The translations under genes and the position numbers were made by a program. A stretch of DNA of 63,204 bases, filler included, from Hyphochytrium catenoides (taxonomy: Eukaryota; Protista; Hyphochytriomycota): the NCBI GenBank assembly GCA_900088475.1. It is 6 parts of 6 records of this genome, joined end to end, with 100 filler letters (N's around TTAATTAATTAA, not from the genome) between each part and the next. Parts side by side here need not be neighbours in the genome. Positions count along the whole stretch, not along the records: positions 1 to 30,376 come from FLMG01002695.1; positions 30,477 to 41,515 come from FLMG01004314.1; 4 more parts are not named here. One strand, given 5' to 3'. The notes beneath the pieces were generated by a model. The model was not told the origin of the DNA. It worked only from the letters and a program-made list of their open reading frames with translations, and made no database searches. Of the stretch, positions 25,424-37,672 are shown piece after piece (positions within the stretch are counted from its first letter, which is position 1; each line of letters begins with the position of its first letter).

Positions 25424-26217
25424 TCTCTATCACTCCGAGTAGGCCGATGGACTGTTGAGCGGCCACACGTCACACCTTAGACTTGCCCCCGCCCTCTCTG
25501 GGTGTGCAGAGATTCTGGAGCTCTCCGGACTTGAGATTATTGATCCGACAGCGCGCCGCCTCTGCCAGCTGCCAGCACCTCCACTTGCGCCACTTGCACT
25601 TTGATGAGAGAAGGCTTGCGTCCGTTTGAACTATGTGGCAAGTTTGAAATTTTTTTAGTGCTGTTGACGCGTTTTATCGGCTTTTTACGGCCTCAGGACC
25701 AGAGGTCCATAAAACTTTGGGTCCCGAAGCCTAACATTTATACAGCGTGGGAGGCTGAGAAACGGGATCTTTTTCTGTTTAGAAGGACGGAACAATCCGA
25801 AAAATTGACTGATAAAAANNNNNNNNNNNNNNNNNNNNNNNNNNNNNNNNNNNNNNNNNNNNNNNNNNNNNNGAGAGAGAGAAGAAGCGAGATGAAGACA
25901 GAGAGAGAGGAGAGAGGGGGGAAGAGAGACGGAGGACTAAGCGCGGAGCTTCTGATTGAAGATTCTCCTTCTAATCTTATCTATGCAGATAGTTCTACAA
26001 TCTGAAAGATCCGCTCTTTCCTCTTCTGCTCCCTCATCTTGGCTAGTTGGTACTTCTCCTCTTGCCTCTGAAGCTTGCAGGTCTCGAGACGTAGGCTTCT
26101 CCTTCTCTTCAATTCCTCGTCTCCTCCATTACCTTAGGAATGAGTCTCCAGCCCATCGCTCAGTACTCTAAACCTAAGCTTTATAGAGCTTGAGCCGGCA
26201 CCAGCGCGGCGTGACTG

Positions 26218-28812
26218 ATGTCTGACAACGGTGGGGCAGAGACGCAAGGAGAGTGCGACAAGCCGCTGGAGATCCCTGCGACGTACACCGTCTCTGACAT
26301 GCTGCAGTCCATCAACAGCGCGATTCGAGCTCAGGGTCTTGATCCGGAGAGCATGCCGCAAGTGGAGCTAAAACGTGTGGCAGGACCTGAGCAGTATGTG
26401 AACACCTCGGAGAGGGATGTGGAGTCCTTGGACTTGCAAGCAAAGATCAAAGGAGCAGGTCAACATGTTAAGGGTAAGGCCAAATGATTAGGAAGATGGG
26501 GACGAGAGAGAGAGAGAGAGTGAAAAAGGGAGAGGGAGACAGATATTGAGATGATTGCTGGGAGAGCGAAGAGATAGGGAAAGGGATCGGAGGCCCTCAT
26601 GTGGGCCAACGCAGTTTTTCGAACTGTAGAATCCAGAGCGAGTGATGATGATCAAACAAAGAGAGGAGAGAGAGACAGAGAGACAGAGAGAGAAAGAGAG
26701 AAACGGAAAGAGGGAGGAAGAAGAGGAAGGGAGGGAGGGAGAGAAAGAGAGCGAGTAGAGATAGTAGAGACGAATGGCCAAAAGGGGAAAGATAGACGCA
26801 GAAGCGGCCGGACACTGCGGGAGAGAAAGGTGAAAGCGGCTAAGGCCATCCTAGGCAGTAAGAGCGGGGAAAGAAGAGAAATGAGGGGACAATAAAGGGA
26901 AACAGAAGAGAACAAGCAGTGATGAGGAAAGCGCAGTTGGAGAGGAGAAGAAGCGACTTGCTCTCACTTTCCCTGACGCGCCAAGGGATGACCAAGGAAG
27001 AGAAGTTGGCCTATTGCGTGAGACTGAAAGAGGCTGGGAATGCCCTCTATCGAGAAGGAAGATACAAGGAGGCCACGGAACTGTACATGCAGGTGACGCG
27101 GACTGTCCAAGGCTAACTGGAGCTCAATCACTCAGTCTCTGTCCCATTTATGGCTCGACCTCTCTTCCTCTCTCTCTCGTGCTCCATTCTNNNNNNNNNN
27201 NNNNNNNNNNNNNNNNNNNNNNNNNNNNNNNNNNNNNNNNNNNNNTCTCTCTCTCTCTCTCTCTCTCTCCGTTGTCATTATGTATATCGTTCAAGTGGGA
27301 ACTGTACTGTTAACATGGGTCTACCGCAGTCTTTAGTGGGCTTGGATTTCTCAGCCTCCTTAGAGGAGCGGAAAGACATGGAGAGGAGACTGCAGTTGCC
27401 AGTGATATTGAACCTCGCGGCTTGCAGTCTTGCTACCAAGGTAACTTACGTCTCTTTTCCTCTCTGTCTCTCTCTCTGTCTCTCTGTCTCTCTCTGTCGC
27501 TCTTGCTCGGTTGCAGCTGCCTCAATATAATCTGCCCTTCTCTAACCTCATATCACACCACTTGCTCCTTCTTTGCCATCTCAGCAATATCAGAAGGTGG
27601 TCAGTCTCTGCCAAGAGGTAGGAGAGCTAAGAAGCCTCCATCGACGTACCGCAACTGGACCACATTGTTTCCCTGTCTTCTCTCTTCCCTGGTGCTATTT
27701 CCTCGCCCATGCGCTCGTCCTGCATCCGCTCCCGTCTTGTTTAACGCCCTCTCGCCGCCGGTAGTTGCACGGTCACTGGCAGCCCCACCATCCTAGCTAA
27801 ACGAGCCCACCGTGCAATCATCTGCCTTTCTGAGGGTCTATATCTCGTCTCTTTCTTGCCATTTTGCTAATGTATCCTTTCCGCGGTGCCTCCACAGGCG
27901 CTGCACATAGACCCGCGGAGCTGCAAAGCATTGACACGAAGAGGACAAGCCTTCACGGCCCTGGGATCTCTTGATAGAGCGAGGTAATGAAGGAGGAACA
28001 TCTGGTGCTGATAGACCTATTCTTCTACAAACGAGCAAAAATGAGTTCGTCGGTGTTACCTGGATATCAGCCACAGACTCTTCATCCTCTTCATCGCAAG
28101 CCCTCGTTCTCTCTCACATATCGCCGTCTGCATAGGGAAGACCTCCTTGCGGCGCTTACTCTCGCCCAGGTGGGAAGTTTAGTCTATGTCCTCCTCATTG
28201 GCAACCCATCAGGACTGCCCTCTCTTACTTCTTCCTCCTTCCGCAGCGTCAGCACAACTATTATGCATCTTACTCGCGTTCCCTGACTGATTGTTCTGCT
28301 TGCTATCTTTGTTCTTCTAGTGACCAACATTATCTTATGGATAACCAGCCTAAGATCGTACTTCCTGCCGGTCCAGGAAGATTCCACTGGCGGTGGGGTT
28401 GACCCGCTCGCGATAGAGAAGCATCTTCGTTCCCTCGGCGCTGCTAGAGCTAAGCAAGAGCAGATTAAACAACGGGAGAAGAGGCTTGGGGCGAGGCTGT
28501 TGCAAGAAGGGCTGTACGAGGTAAAGTCAAAGGAGTTTTAGGTAGTGCCTGAGGAGAAACCCAGAGCGGATGGAGAGAACCGCCAAAGACGGAAAGGAAG
28601 AAGTCGAAGGGTCAACAGCTATGCTTACAACGTACACTCCTCAGGACAAGCCCAGTCCCGGTCTGGACAATCGCCAGCGCCCAGACAGTGAGGACCAAGG
28701 AAGAATAATGGCAGTCTCGCTTCTAGAGCGAATCGTGCAATGGATCTCCTCTGTCTTCTGGGCTCTCTTCTTCTGGCTCTTCGGCTATCGAACTACTAGC
28801 AAAGTTGACTAA
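26218..28812 (+). CDS. TPR co-chaperone-like protein with hydrophobic C-terminal tail, about 8 exons
   Basis: Spliced TPRs: LKEAGNALYREGRYKEATELY, VILNLAACSLATKQYQKVVSLCQEALHIDPRSCKALTRRGQAF..LDRAREDL. Ends LYE|DKPS...IVQWISSVFWALFFWLFGYRTTSKVD. Confidence 0.8.
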
Positions 28813-29236
28813 ATTATATCCTATGTTCCATAGAGTTTTCCTTCTCAACCCTTTGAGAGGAGCCAGCTTTTCGCTCCCACTCCCGTCGGGACTATCCTAA
28901 GCGGGACGGCTCTGTTCCACCTTTCTCTTCTCTACATCCCCTCGCTAATATCTTTTTCTGAGTCTCCTCCAGCAATTAGTTCTCGCCGTCTCTATGCTTT
29001 GATGATGACCATAGGGCCAACAGACTGAGAATAAAGCATGACCCGCAAAGAGAGAAGAGTTCCTTACTCTATCACATCCATCGCTTTAGTCTTGCAGGGC
29101 GCTGAGGATAAGGCTTGCACTGATAGCAAAGCTGTGCTTCTTTTCTTTTATAAATAGTGAGCTAGCCAGGCGATAAGGAGAGTAGAGCGCCGGAGAAGGG
29201 AAGAGTAAGGGAGGATAGATAGGACAAAGAGAAGCC

Positions 29237-30376
29237 TTAAAGAGAAGTGGCGGTCGTGGATTTGGCGCTCTGCTTGAGAGGTTTGTTCTTCAGCAACTCC
29301 TCATGGAGCCCAATCAGTGGCTCAATCACATCCAGAGTCTCTGGAAAGAAAGAGAGAAAGTGTCCGAGCTGGTTGACCCACTGCGTGAGCAGAGGAGGGA
29401 ATACAAAGACACGGTGTGCGCCTTGCTGCCCCATAAACGCCTTGAAGATCTTATGAGAGAAGACCATCGTGTACACTAAGTTTGCAAGATTGAAGGCAAA
29501 GCGGCCCACATTCTTCTTCACTGCATACCAGACAAGCTGGTCCGTGATGAAGAAGAACTCGAAGTAGACCTGTCAGGGAGGAAAGAAGGACAAGAGCGTG
29601 AGCGCTCACCGTCATGGACAAGCCCTTCATTTCCTCTTCTATTCCACGCAGTCATCGCCCTCTCTTTTTCGCCTTTCTTCCCTTTCTCTCGTTTTTGAGT
29701 CATGTCCGAACACTCTCTAGACGTCATTCGCTTTGCGCTCTTGCATCGCCTCCGCATCCCTACCTCTCGGTATCTTCTAGCTATTTCCGTGGTAGAAAGG
29801 TGAACTGGCTCTCTGAGTGTTCCTCCTTCCTGCAGGCGGAAGCGTTTGGAGGACGAAGAACCAGGTGAAAGAGGCTCTGCCTCTTCTTCCTCCTTTAACG
29901 ACTGGAGAGCGTGGTCCAACAGCTGGAGCTGCTGCTGTAACTGACTCACACGCGAAGGAGTCGCAGACCCTAGATGAGAGAGTGAACAACCAAGGTCCGA
30001 ATTCGCGGATTAGCGGGCCAACGGGATATAAAAGCCAAATGTTAGACCTCCATACCTCTATGGCTCTGTGAGCCTAGCGATCGGTCCCTGCTTTCAGAGC
30101 CGGACCGGCTTCTGAATCCGCGGCCAGGAACGCCAGTTCTGGGAGACGATGTTTGGAGCTGCAACCATAGAAAGGAGTCAAATAAAAGGCAGGGGTCCCC
30201 TGGCTACCTCCCTTTCCTCAAAGCGTCGTCCTATGCAGTTATCTCTTGCTGAACGCCCATTTAGGGCTTCAACTCGTTTCTTTTTCACCATTCTGCTTCA
30301 CTCCATCTGCCGTCTTCTCCACAAAGCTTACCTCTTCTAGCATTTTTAGTCCTGGGACTACAATTGTCTCTACTAA
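29237..30376 (-). CDS. 3' exons of an unidentified protein (possibly the C-terminus of the CLASP-like gene)
   Basis: In-frame GT-AG exons: LQTSSPRTG...SHR, SATPSRVSQLQQQ...RYRE, VYFEFFFITDQLVWYAVKKNVGRFAFNL...TATSL*. The 5' end runs into an assembly spacer. Confidence 0.6.
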
Positions 30377-30476
30377 NNNNNNNNNNNNNNNNNNNNNNNN
30401 NNNNNNNNNNNNNNNNNNNNTTAATTAATTAANNNNNNNNNNNNNNNNNNNNNNNNNNNNNNNNNNNNNNNNNNNN
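30377..30476. other. Artificial contig spacer N44-TTAATTAATTAA-N44
   Basis: The same 100-bp block, with stops in all six frames, also occurs at 41516-41615, 43040-43139, 59887-59986 and 61390-61489. Confidence 0.97.
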
Positions 30477-30675
30477 GAGAGGGAGAGAGAGAGAGAGAGA
30501 GAGAACAACAAAGGAGAAGTAGCTTATCATGCCTAACAAGGAAACGGTGCTTTTGGCTTAGAGATTTAGACGTGATCAGTAACAAGAAAAGGACAAGGGA
30601 AGCTGCAGATAATGCGAAAGGGTGTGTCAAGGTTGAAAGAGAGGAATTGGACTCAGAAAAGCCGGGGGGTTTTAC

Positions 30676-31168
30676 TTGCTGGTCTTGGCTGTCTCTACAA
30701 TGGTAGGAATAATCTGACGGAAGCTGAGCTCCTTGATCACCGCCAGCACGCACTCGTGGCAATATTGGTTGGTCACTTTATTTCCTGTACCGCGCAGCTC
30801 AAGCAGAGACGCACACAGATCCTTGGCCAGGGAAGCCATAGCGCTTCCAGAGCACTTAAGAGGGGAAGCACGAGAGAAGAGTTTAGAGGTATAAGTGGCA
30901 CATTGTTAAGGCAGGATCATAGACTCATTCTAGAGCAACGCCAGAATGGAAGCGCGGAAAAGGGAAAGAGACCAACCTTAGCTATCACGAGGATGGTGTT
31001 GCAGCCTTCCTTAACCAGGCTTGAACGTAAGTCAGAGACCTTCGTGTGCGTAGCATTTACATTGAACAAAGATTGAAAGAGAGGGAAGAGTCGCGAAGGG
31101 GCGGGAAAGAAAAAGACGGGAGCCGGGGAGAGAGAGAGAGAGACGGGCGGAGCGAGGAGAGAAAGAGA

Positions 31169-31230
<62 letters not shown>

Positions 31231-31631
31231 ACGAAAGAGAGACGAAAGAGAGGTCAGAGTACTTCAGAATAGTGCTGGGGTTGGGCTGTAATGTTGGACG
31301 GCGAGGTTATAATCACTGACAATTCTTTCCTTTCCTTTTCTTTGCCTTTGTAGTCCATCATCCTGTCCATCCACTTTTTTTATCATTCTCCTCCTCTCTG
31401 ACTGTCGCTTCACCACCTCACAACTTCTTAACTGACCGTGGAGATGAGAGGCAGCCGAAGAGGCCGAAAGACCTCCGGAACGATGGACTTGGGGTCTCTG
31501 GCTTGAGCTTTGAAGAGAGTCTAAGCCATATAGCAGGCCTCAAGGTCAGACCTCTAAGGTAAATTTCTGCACACTATCAATTTCCATACCTGAATGGCGT
31601 GCAAAGCTTCCTGACGCTTTTCCCAGTCATC
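30676..31631 (-). CDS. CLASP-type TOG domain exons (partial gene)
   Basis: Exons 31631-31590, 31520-31437, 31039-30977 and 30854-30676 splice to DDWEKRQEALHAIQ...VSDLRSSLVKEGCNTIL...TGNKVTNQYCHECVLAVI...AKTSK, the CLASP_N signature (DW..R..AL; DLRS..V.E.C). Confidence 0.75.
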
Positions 31632-32619
31632 CTTATACTTCGTGATGTTGGCGGCTTCGTTACTCACCGCTTGAATGAACTGTGCTGCCGGAAGTGGGGC
31701 CATATCTCACTTCAGATCATCCGCAGACACTGTCGCCTCTCTAATGACCACTCCCGGCTATCAATGTTATGGCTATCTCATCACCCTTCGTGCACCATGG
31801 CAGCCTTAGTTTCCGCAATTGTCACCTCTCGCTTGCCGCTTCAACAAGCCTAAACACCTCTCTTAAAATGATATTGACAGAGGCATTGCGATGTACATTG
31901 GCCAGGTCGTCAATGTCCTTACCCGTCATGCGCAGCCGTCATCATCTGCGAAGTCTCTATCTGANNNNNNNNNNNNNNNNNNNNNNNNNNNNNNNNNNNN
32001 NNNNNNNNNNNNNNNNNNNNNNNNNNNNNNNNNNNNNNNNNNNNNNNNNNNNNNNNNNNNNAACCTCATACACAGATTTCCTATTAGACAACCTCTGTCA
32101 TCTAAAGCCGAGCTCTAACATACACAGACTTGATTTGTCTCCAAACCCACGCAATAAGTCATACCCACTCTGTGGAACCTTGTACCGTGAGTCCGGAATC
32201 AGACTGTAACGGCTCTCTAAACGATTGTCGGCCAGCTCGCCCTTCCTCCTCTCCTTGGCGTTCTCCAAATTATGAGCTTCTCCTCCGTCCTCCGCTGAGG
32301 TGAGGCAAAGCAAGAAGCAGCATCTCAGTTGATGAGACACTTAGAAGAGAGGCGACATTCAAGGGAAAGCACACTGTGTGACTTGCAGAGTTCTGCAGAG
32401 GCAGACTACGTGGAGCGAGTTCCAAGGCATGGCGGTGTTGTCGCCTGGACGATGGTTGATCTTTGGGCAACAGGAGTTGGGAAAGAATGTGACGCCACTG
32501 CTAATGCTAATTCTACTACGTACATACTAACATCAGGGACCACGATATTGAATAATCTTCAGGAGGTGGACAGTCTGTCCTCTCCTGCTGCAGCCTAAAG
32601 TTAAGAAGGCTGAAGACAA

Positions 32620-34539
32620 CTAAATGCGCCTTTGGGCAGAGAAAGAATAGGGGTTCTGCTGGTCTTCGTCAGAGTCTTCGTCGTCCTCGTCTTCCGAACT
32701 AGTAGCACTGGAAGCCTGGCTGTCTCCTGCTTCTCCGTCGTCGTCATCGTCTTCTTCTGTGGAATCTGCCTCCTCTTTGGTGGCCCCTTCACCTCGCTTG
32801 GCGGAGAGGAGTTCGTCATAGGCAACTGCCTTTGTAATTAACCAGGCAGTGCGGACAATGTTATCCAGACTCTTTTTGACGTCACTCTGTTCCTCCTCAT
32901 CCACTCCTATCAACGAGTACAACGCGAAGGCTGTCTCAGGGTCCAGTCTTGTGAGTTCCCTGTGTAGACTCGCGTAGATTTCCACCTGGTGCTCTTTGTC
33001 TTTCTTCGCCTCCAGAGCATCCTCTGCAGCTTCAATTTTCTCCCTCTCTCGTCTTGTTTTCTCCACCTCTTCTGCTTCTAGACTACTGTTTGTTCTCGCA
33101 AGAAGGATCTCCTTCTTTGGTTCTTCTCCCACCAGCTGCATGCGCTCTTCGGGCACCACTACGTCCTCAGCCCCTGTTGTCCGCCTCGCAGCCGCTGCAC
33201 TTCTGTCCCCTATCCCCTTTGGCTCAGCATCGGAGGAAGTGCCATGCATGCTAAGCCCCACCAGCTGCTCTTCGACTCTCGCTCTTTGTCTATTGAGCTG
33301 CTGGCGATCTTTATGCCCGAGAGAATGGCCCACGCTTACCCTTTGTATGCAGCGCAGTAGTACCCTGAGCACCATGTCAATTTGGTCCCCTGCCAGCCCT
33401 CCTTGGTATAAAGCCGTTTCTCCATCATAAAGATCCTCCAGCAGCTGCGAGCGAAAGTTACCCCCTTTCTCGCTCTTACCCTCTTCTGCGTGACTGGCAA
33501 AGAGCCCAGTGCCTAAAGATGGAGAAATGTTGCTCAGAAAGGAGTAATCCTGGAAGTCTCTCCTTGGAGCCGGCGGCGCGCTACTGCTATGGGCCCGTGT
33601 CTCCATCGGCAGATCTTCTATCGAGGCATGAAGCATTGTCTCGCGGATCCTCTTGAAGATCTCGATCTCTTTGTCTGCCTCATCGTCCACACCCAAGAAC
33701 TCCTTGATAGCATTTAGCAGGACAAAGCGATGTTCCAACCCCTCGCTAAGAGGCGCGGAAGAAGAAGACAACATAGAAAGTGACTGGACGCCCGCGCCTC
33801 CTGTGACGGCGTCCATAAGTCCAGTCCCTCTCTTTATGCCAGCGTCAAGTTGCGAACGCCTGAAGCGCGCCAGTCGCTCAAAGAGAGCAAGAATTTGCAC
33901 TCCCCGAAGCATGAGAACATGTAGAAAGATGCTAAAGAAATAAATACTTCGCTCCCGTGCATCGTCCGTTCCATTGTCGATGCTAAACCAGTTATAGCCT
34001 GGGAACCTCTCAGAATCCAAATCCTTTCTAAGGCGCTTGCACTGGCTCTTGAACTCCTCAAAGCACGCAATAGCTTTGGCAGAGGTCCCCAGGAAATCTT
34101 TGTACTCTCTGCTGGAAGGCAAGGCACCTCTAGAGTGGGCAAGGGAGTTAGGAATAAGGAAATAAGACGCACTCAATCGTCCATAGTTTGACAAGAGCCT
34201 CGCGGCCTTCTTCTTAAGCTGCTTGAAGTCAGCTGCACTCCGATACACCACCCAAGTCCGGGATCCGTTGTCCACTTCTACCACGTACTGCTCGGCACTT
34301 TGTTCCCCTATAGACCCATAGACGCAAGCGGTGTACCGCATCAGATCATCAATGGCGTTGGAAGAGAGAGAAGACGACGAAGGGGGCTGGAAGTCTTCCC
34401 TTTCAGTTCCAAGAGAAGACGCAGATGCTCTACGGCCCAGGATTTGAGGTCCTAGTCTCTCCCTTGGGGTCCCAGCAGCTGTTCCCCAAGGGCCGCTTGA
34501 AGAGCCTTGTGCTCTGTCATAGCCCTTAAAAGGCCTCAT
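32620..34539 (-). CDS. 639-aa ORF with N-terminal PX-like domain and acidic C-terminal region
   Basis: Long clean ORF. QYVVEVDNGSRTWVVYRSAADFKQLKKK resembles the PX beta2-beta3-alpha1 segment (degenerate RRY). May be one exon of a larger gene. Confidence 0.6.
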   Translation of the reverse strand: MRPFKGYDRAQGSSSGPWGTAAGTPRERLGPQILGRRASASSLGTEREDFQPPSSSSLSSNAIDDLMRYTACVYGSIGEQSAEQYVVEVDNGSRTWVVYRSAADFKQLKKKAARLLSNYGRLSASYFLIPNSLAHSRGALPSSREYKDFLGTSAKAIACFEEFKSQCKRLRKDLDSERFPGYNWFSIDNGTDDARERSIYFFSIFLHVLMLRGVQILALFERLARFRRSQLDAGIKRGTGLMDAVTGGAGVQSLSMLSSSSAPLSEGLEHRFVLLNAIKEFLGVDDEADKEIEIFKRIRETMLHASIEDLPMETRAHSSSAPPAPRRDFQDYSFLSNISPSLGTGLFASHAEEGKSEKGGNFRSQLLEDLYDGETALYQGGLAGDQIDMVLRVLLRCIQRVSVGHSLGHKDRQQLNRQRARVEEQLVGLSMHGTSSDAEPKGIGDRSAAAARRTTGAEDVVVPEERMQLVGEEPKKEILLARTNSSLEAEEVEKTRREREKIEAAEDALEAKKDKEHQVEIYASLHRELTRLDPETAFALYSLIGVDEEEQSDVKKSLDNIVRTAWLITKAVAYDELLSAKRGEGATKEEADSTEEDDDDDGEAGDSQASSATSSEDEDDEDSDEDQQNPYSFSAQRRI

Positions 34540-35713
34540 CTCAATGGTTGAAGCAACAAGACGCGTAGCTTATTGCGCTCTGCCGCTTAAGACATCACAA
34601 TCAGCTTCCAATGGGACAGCCAAAAACAATGGCCCAGTTGTTAATTGAGCTCTGCTTAAAGACGAGCCTCCTCTCCGTAGTAGTGGAGACCAAGCGCTAA
34701 CGTGGGAGCTGCAGTAGGGCGTGTCTTGGCTCAGCTCAGCTCGTAAAATGGTTCTCTTCAAGTTCTTTGACCTCTGTAGCTTGGCGTCTGTTGCTTGCTG
34801 CGTGCTGTCTTTGACCTTCCCCTGACAGGCAACTTCCTTCTTTCTTCTGAAGTTATTGGCGCTCTGGATGGTGAGACGATGGCAGTTCGCTAGTTCAAGA
34901 ACAGCATCAGAACACGTCCAAGGCAACACAAGGATAAAACCGTCAGAAAGAGTAAAAGGACAGGGCCGCAACTTCGCGGGTAGAGATGCTCGCGCTGGCT
35001 TTTTGTATGGCTAAGGGTGGATTGGTACGAGACAGAGTAAGCTCTCTCTGAGACAGAGATCTCGCGAGATGTGGAACATTGAACCACAATCGGAACGAAC
35101 ATCAAGGACAATCACCAGTCATACCGGCTACGCGGTAATCAACTAATGATCTATACACGGTAACTAGTATCATACAGGCTTGTTGTATTGCCACTGTTGA
35201 ACAGATCTGGAATATATGCAGAAGCAATTCCTCAGAGCTCATGAGAAGGCTTCGCGGATTTCAAATATTGCTTCATACGTGAGGACAATTGTGGAGCTTT
35301 TCTGATTTCCTTTCTGCAGAGGGAAAGGGGAGGAGAGACGAGGAAAGCAGAGATAGATAGGCAGCATACGAAGACATTTGCATAGAAACGTGATGTAAGT
35401 TGAGCGCTGAGGGCGTGAGACAGAGCGCCGCTCTCCAGACATGAAGGCACAGACAGGATCACAGTCCAGGAGCGAGCATGCAATATCGCGCTCTTTCCCA
35501 TTGGTGACTGCGACCATCATCGAAGGCATTAGCGCAGGTGCCTCGCTAAGTAAGAGCTAACAGAAGAGACAGACGGTGGGCTGACAGCGCAGAGACTGTC
35601 ATTTCGGGCAAACAAGTCGTCGGGATTCCTTAATAAGAGCCAGACTGGCCAAGAGAGGCAAGTAGCCAGCAAAGCTCCAAAAGACCGATTTCAACCCAAG
35701 CTTTGCCGTCAAG

Positions 35714-36993
35714 ATGAATCTCTTCGGTAGAAAGAAGGCAGCGCCTGTGCAGCCCAATCCGGCTCAGACCATCATGAAGCTCAAAGGGACACTGGACTCT
35801 ATTGATAAGCGAGAGATGCACCTCTCAAAAAGGATAGAACAGGAGGTACCGTTGTGAAACAGCACCTCATCCTATTCTAGAGGTTCCTTTTTGCCTTCAA
35901 GTCTTTCTTTACAGAACACTCTTCTTCTTTGCGTTGCTAGCGAGCGTGGCGCACTCCCCGGGGCATCTCTCATCAAGCAATCCCCTGGCGCTGAGTTTGC
36001 CCTCACTCTCTCCTGCTTTTATGTCTTCTTGGCTTGTAGCTGCTGGAAGCGAAAAAGAAGCTTGCCGCAAAGGATAAACGTGGGGCATTGTTCTGCATGA
36101 AGAAGAAGAAGATGTATGAGAAAGAGGTGGAGAAACTTCAAGGCGCACGTCTCAACCTAGAGTACGAGATAATGCACCTGGAGAGCTCTCAGATCAACAT
36201 GGAACTCTTTAGTTCAATGAAGACAGGAGCAGCACAGATGAAGGCAGTGCACCAAAATATGGACGCTGACAAGATTGATCAGATTATGGACGACGTGCAG
36301 GTGGAGATCAAGGCCTCAAGCTCTCCTCCTTCTAACACTGGGTTCCGCTTTCCTTCTAACCCTGCCTGCCATGTTCAGATCCTATCGTTCCTCTTTCCTC
36401 TGTAGGTTATTGACTTTCCTCTTATTCATTGACAGTGGGCCTTCTTCCCCGTCAATGCTTCGCTACTTGCTTGTTCGCCCTCTTGGTCAAACACAGTTTT
36501 CCTCCTCGGTCAAGCCGCCATAGAGAAGTCGCCTCTCGCTTCCAATGCTACATTTTTACCCATTGCTCTCATGCTGATACCAAGCTATTGCGTTCCCAGT
36601 GCCTCACCTCAATGCGCGTCTTTCTCTCTTTTCTCTCTCTGATCGATGGATTTACCGCTCGTCCTCTCTTCGTGTCCATATTTGCAGGAGGAAATGGCTG
36701 TTGCTGATGAGATCAGTGAGGCAATATCTCGACCCATATCTAATGATCTTCATGATGAAGACGAGCTGCTGGCTGAGTTAGAAGAGGAAACCCTGGAGGA
36801 GCTTGAAGCTGTACCCCAGAAGATTACGGCCCCCGCAGCTGCTGCTGCTGCGCCAGCCAAGGTGGCAGCCGCTGCTGGTTTAGACTTTCCTGATCCTCCG
36901 CAGCACCGGCCAACAGCTATTAAAGTCGCAGGGGACGTTGACGATGAGGAGTTAAGGGCACTCAGGGAGCTAGAAGCGCAGATGGCGCTCTAG
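35714..36993 (+). CDS. VPS32: ESCRT-III subunit SNF7/VPS32 (CHMP4), 3 exons
   Basis: Exons 35714-35845, 36040-36300 and 36688-36993. Motifs MNLFGRKK, DKRGALFCMKKKKMYEKE, DKIDQIMDDVQEEMAVADEISEAISRP, DEDELLAELEE, DEELRALRELEAQMAL. Confidence 0.95.
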
Positions 36994-37672
36994 AGGCTTC
37001 TTATCTTTACATGGAGCCCCATTCTATCTGGCCTCTTTCTCTCCTTCTCTTGACCTCAAGTCTTCCCTTACAGCCTTGCGGTGAGCTTTGAGTCTGAGAC
37101 TAGACGGCAGTCACGTCCGCCACAAGACGTACGGGCTTAGAGTTACGGCGGTAAGTCGATCAGGGGAATTGGAAAGAGAGACGAGAGCCGCGAGAGAGAG
37201 ACCGGCCAGACAGCATTGGGAACTCCCAAGTGAGCCAAGGAGTTCCGGCAAAACTAGTATTCAAGCTCATTCATTTATTCGGCTTTTCTCTTGAACGATG
37301 TGCAAAACACTCAAAGGAGTCTGTGGGCTAGACTGATAGCCAAGGCTTCCAGTAGAATAGCTAAGCCACGGCTGGAGACAGAGAGCGGGACACGGAGAGA
37401 GAGAGAGAGAGACAGAGAGAGAGAGAGAGAATCAAGAAGACGCAGCCCGCCAATCTACGAGAAAGACCTGTTATCACTGAAGCCACCATAAATATATGAT
37501 CTATTAGCATCTGCTCTCAGTCTAGGCAACGTGCCTTGCGCTTTGGCAGCCCGTCACGGCTTATATTGGAGCGCTGAATGTTGATTCGTCTTAGCTCGCC
37601 TATATTGGTCGCTCCACGAAGGCGTTTGGCCCCTCTCATGCCATCTTTGCCAGTGACTAGGAGAAGCCATTC

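Noticed and set aside
30421-30432. Recurrent TTAATTAATTAA palindrome
   Set aside because: Always centred in 44+44 Ns, so it is an assembly linker and not biological.
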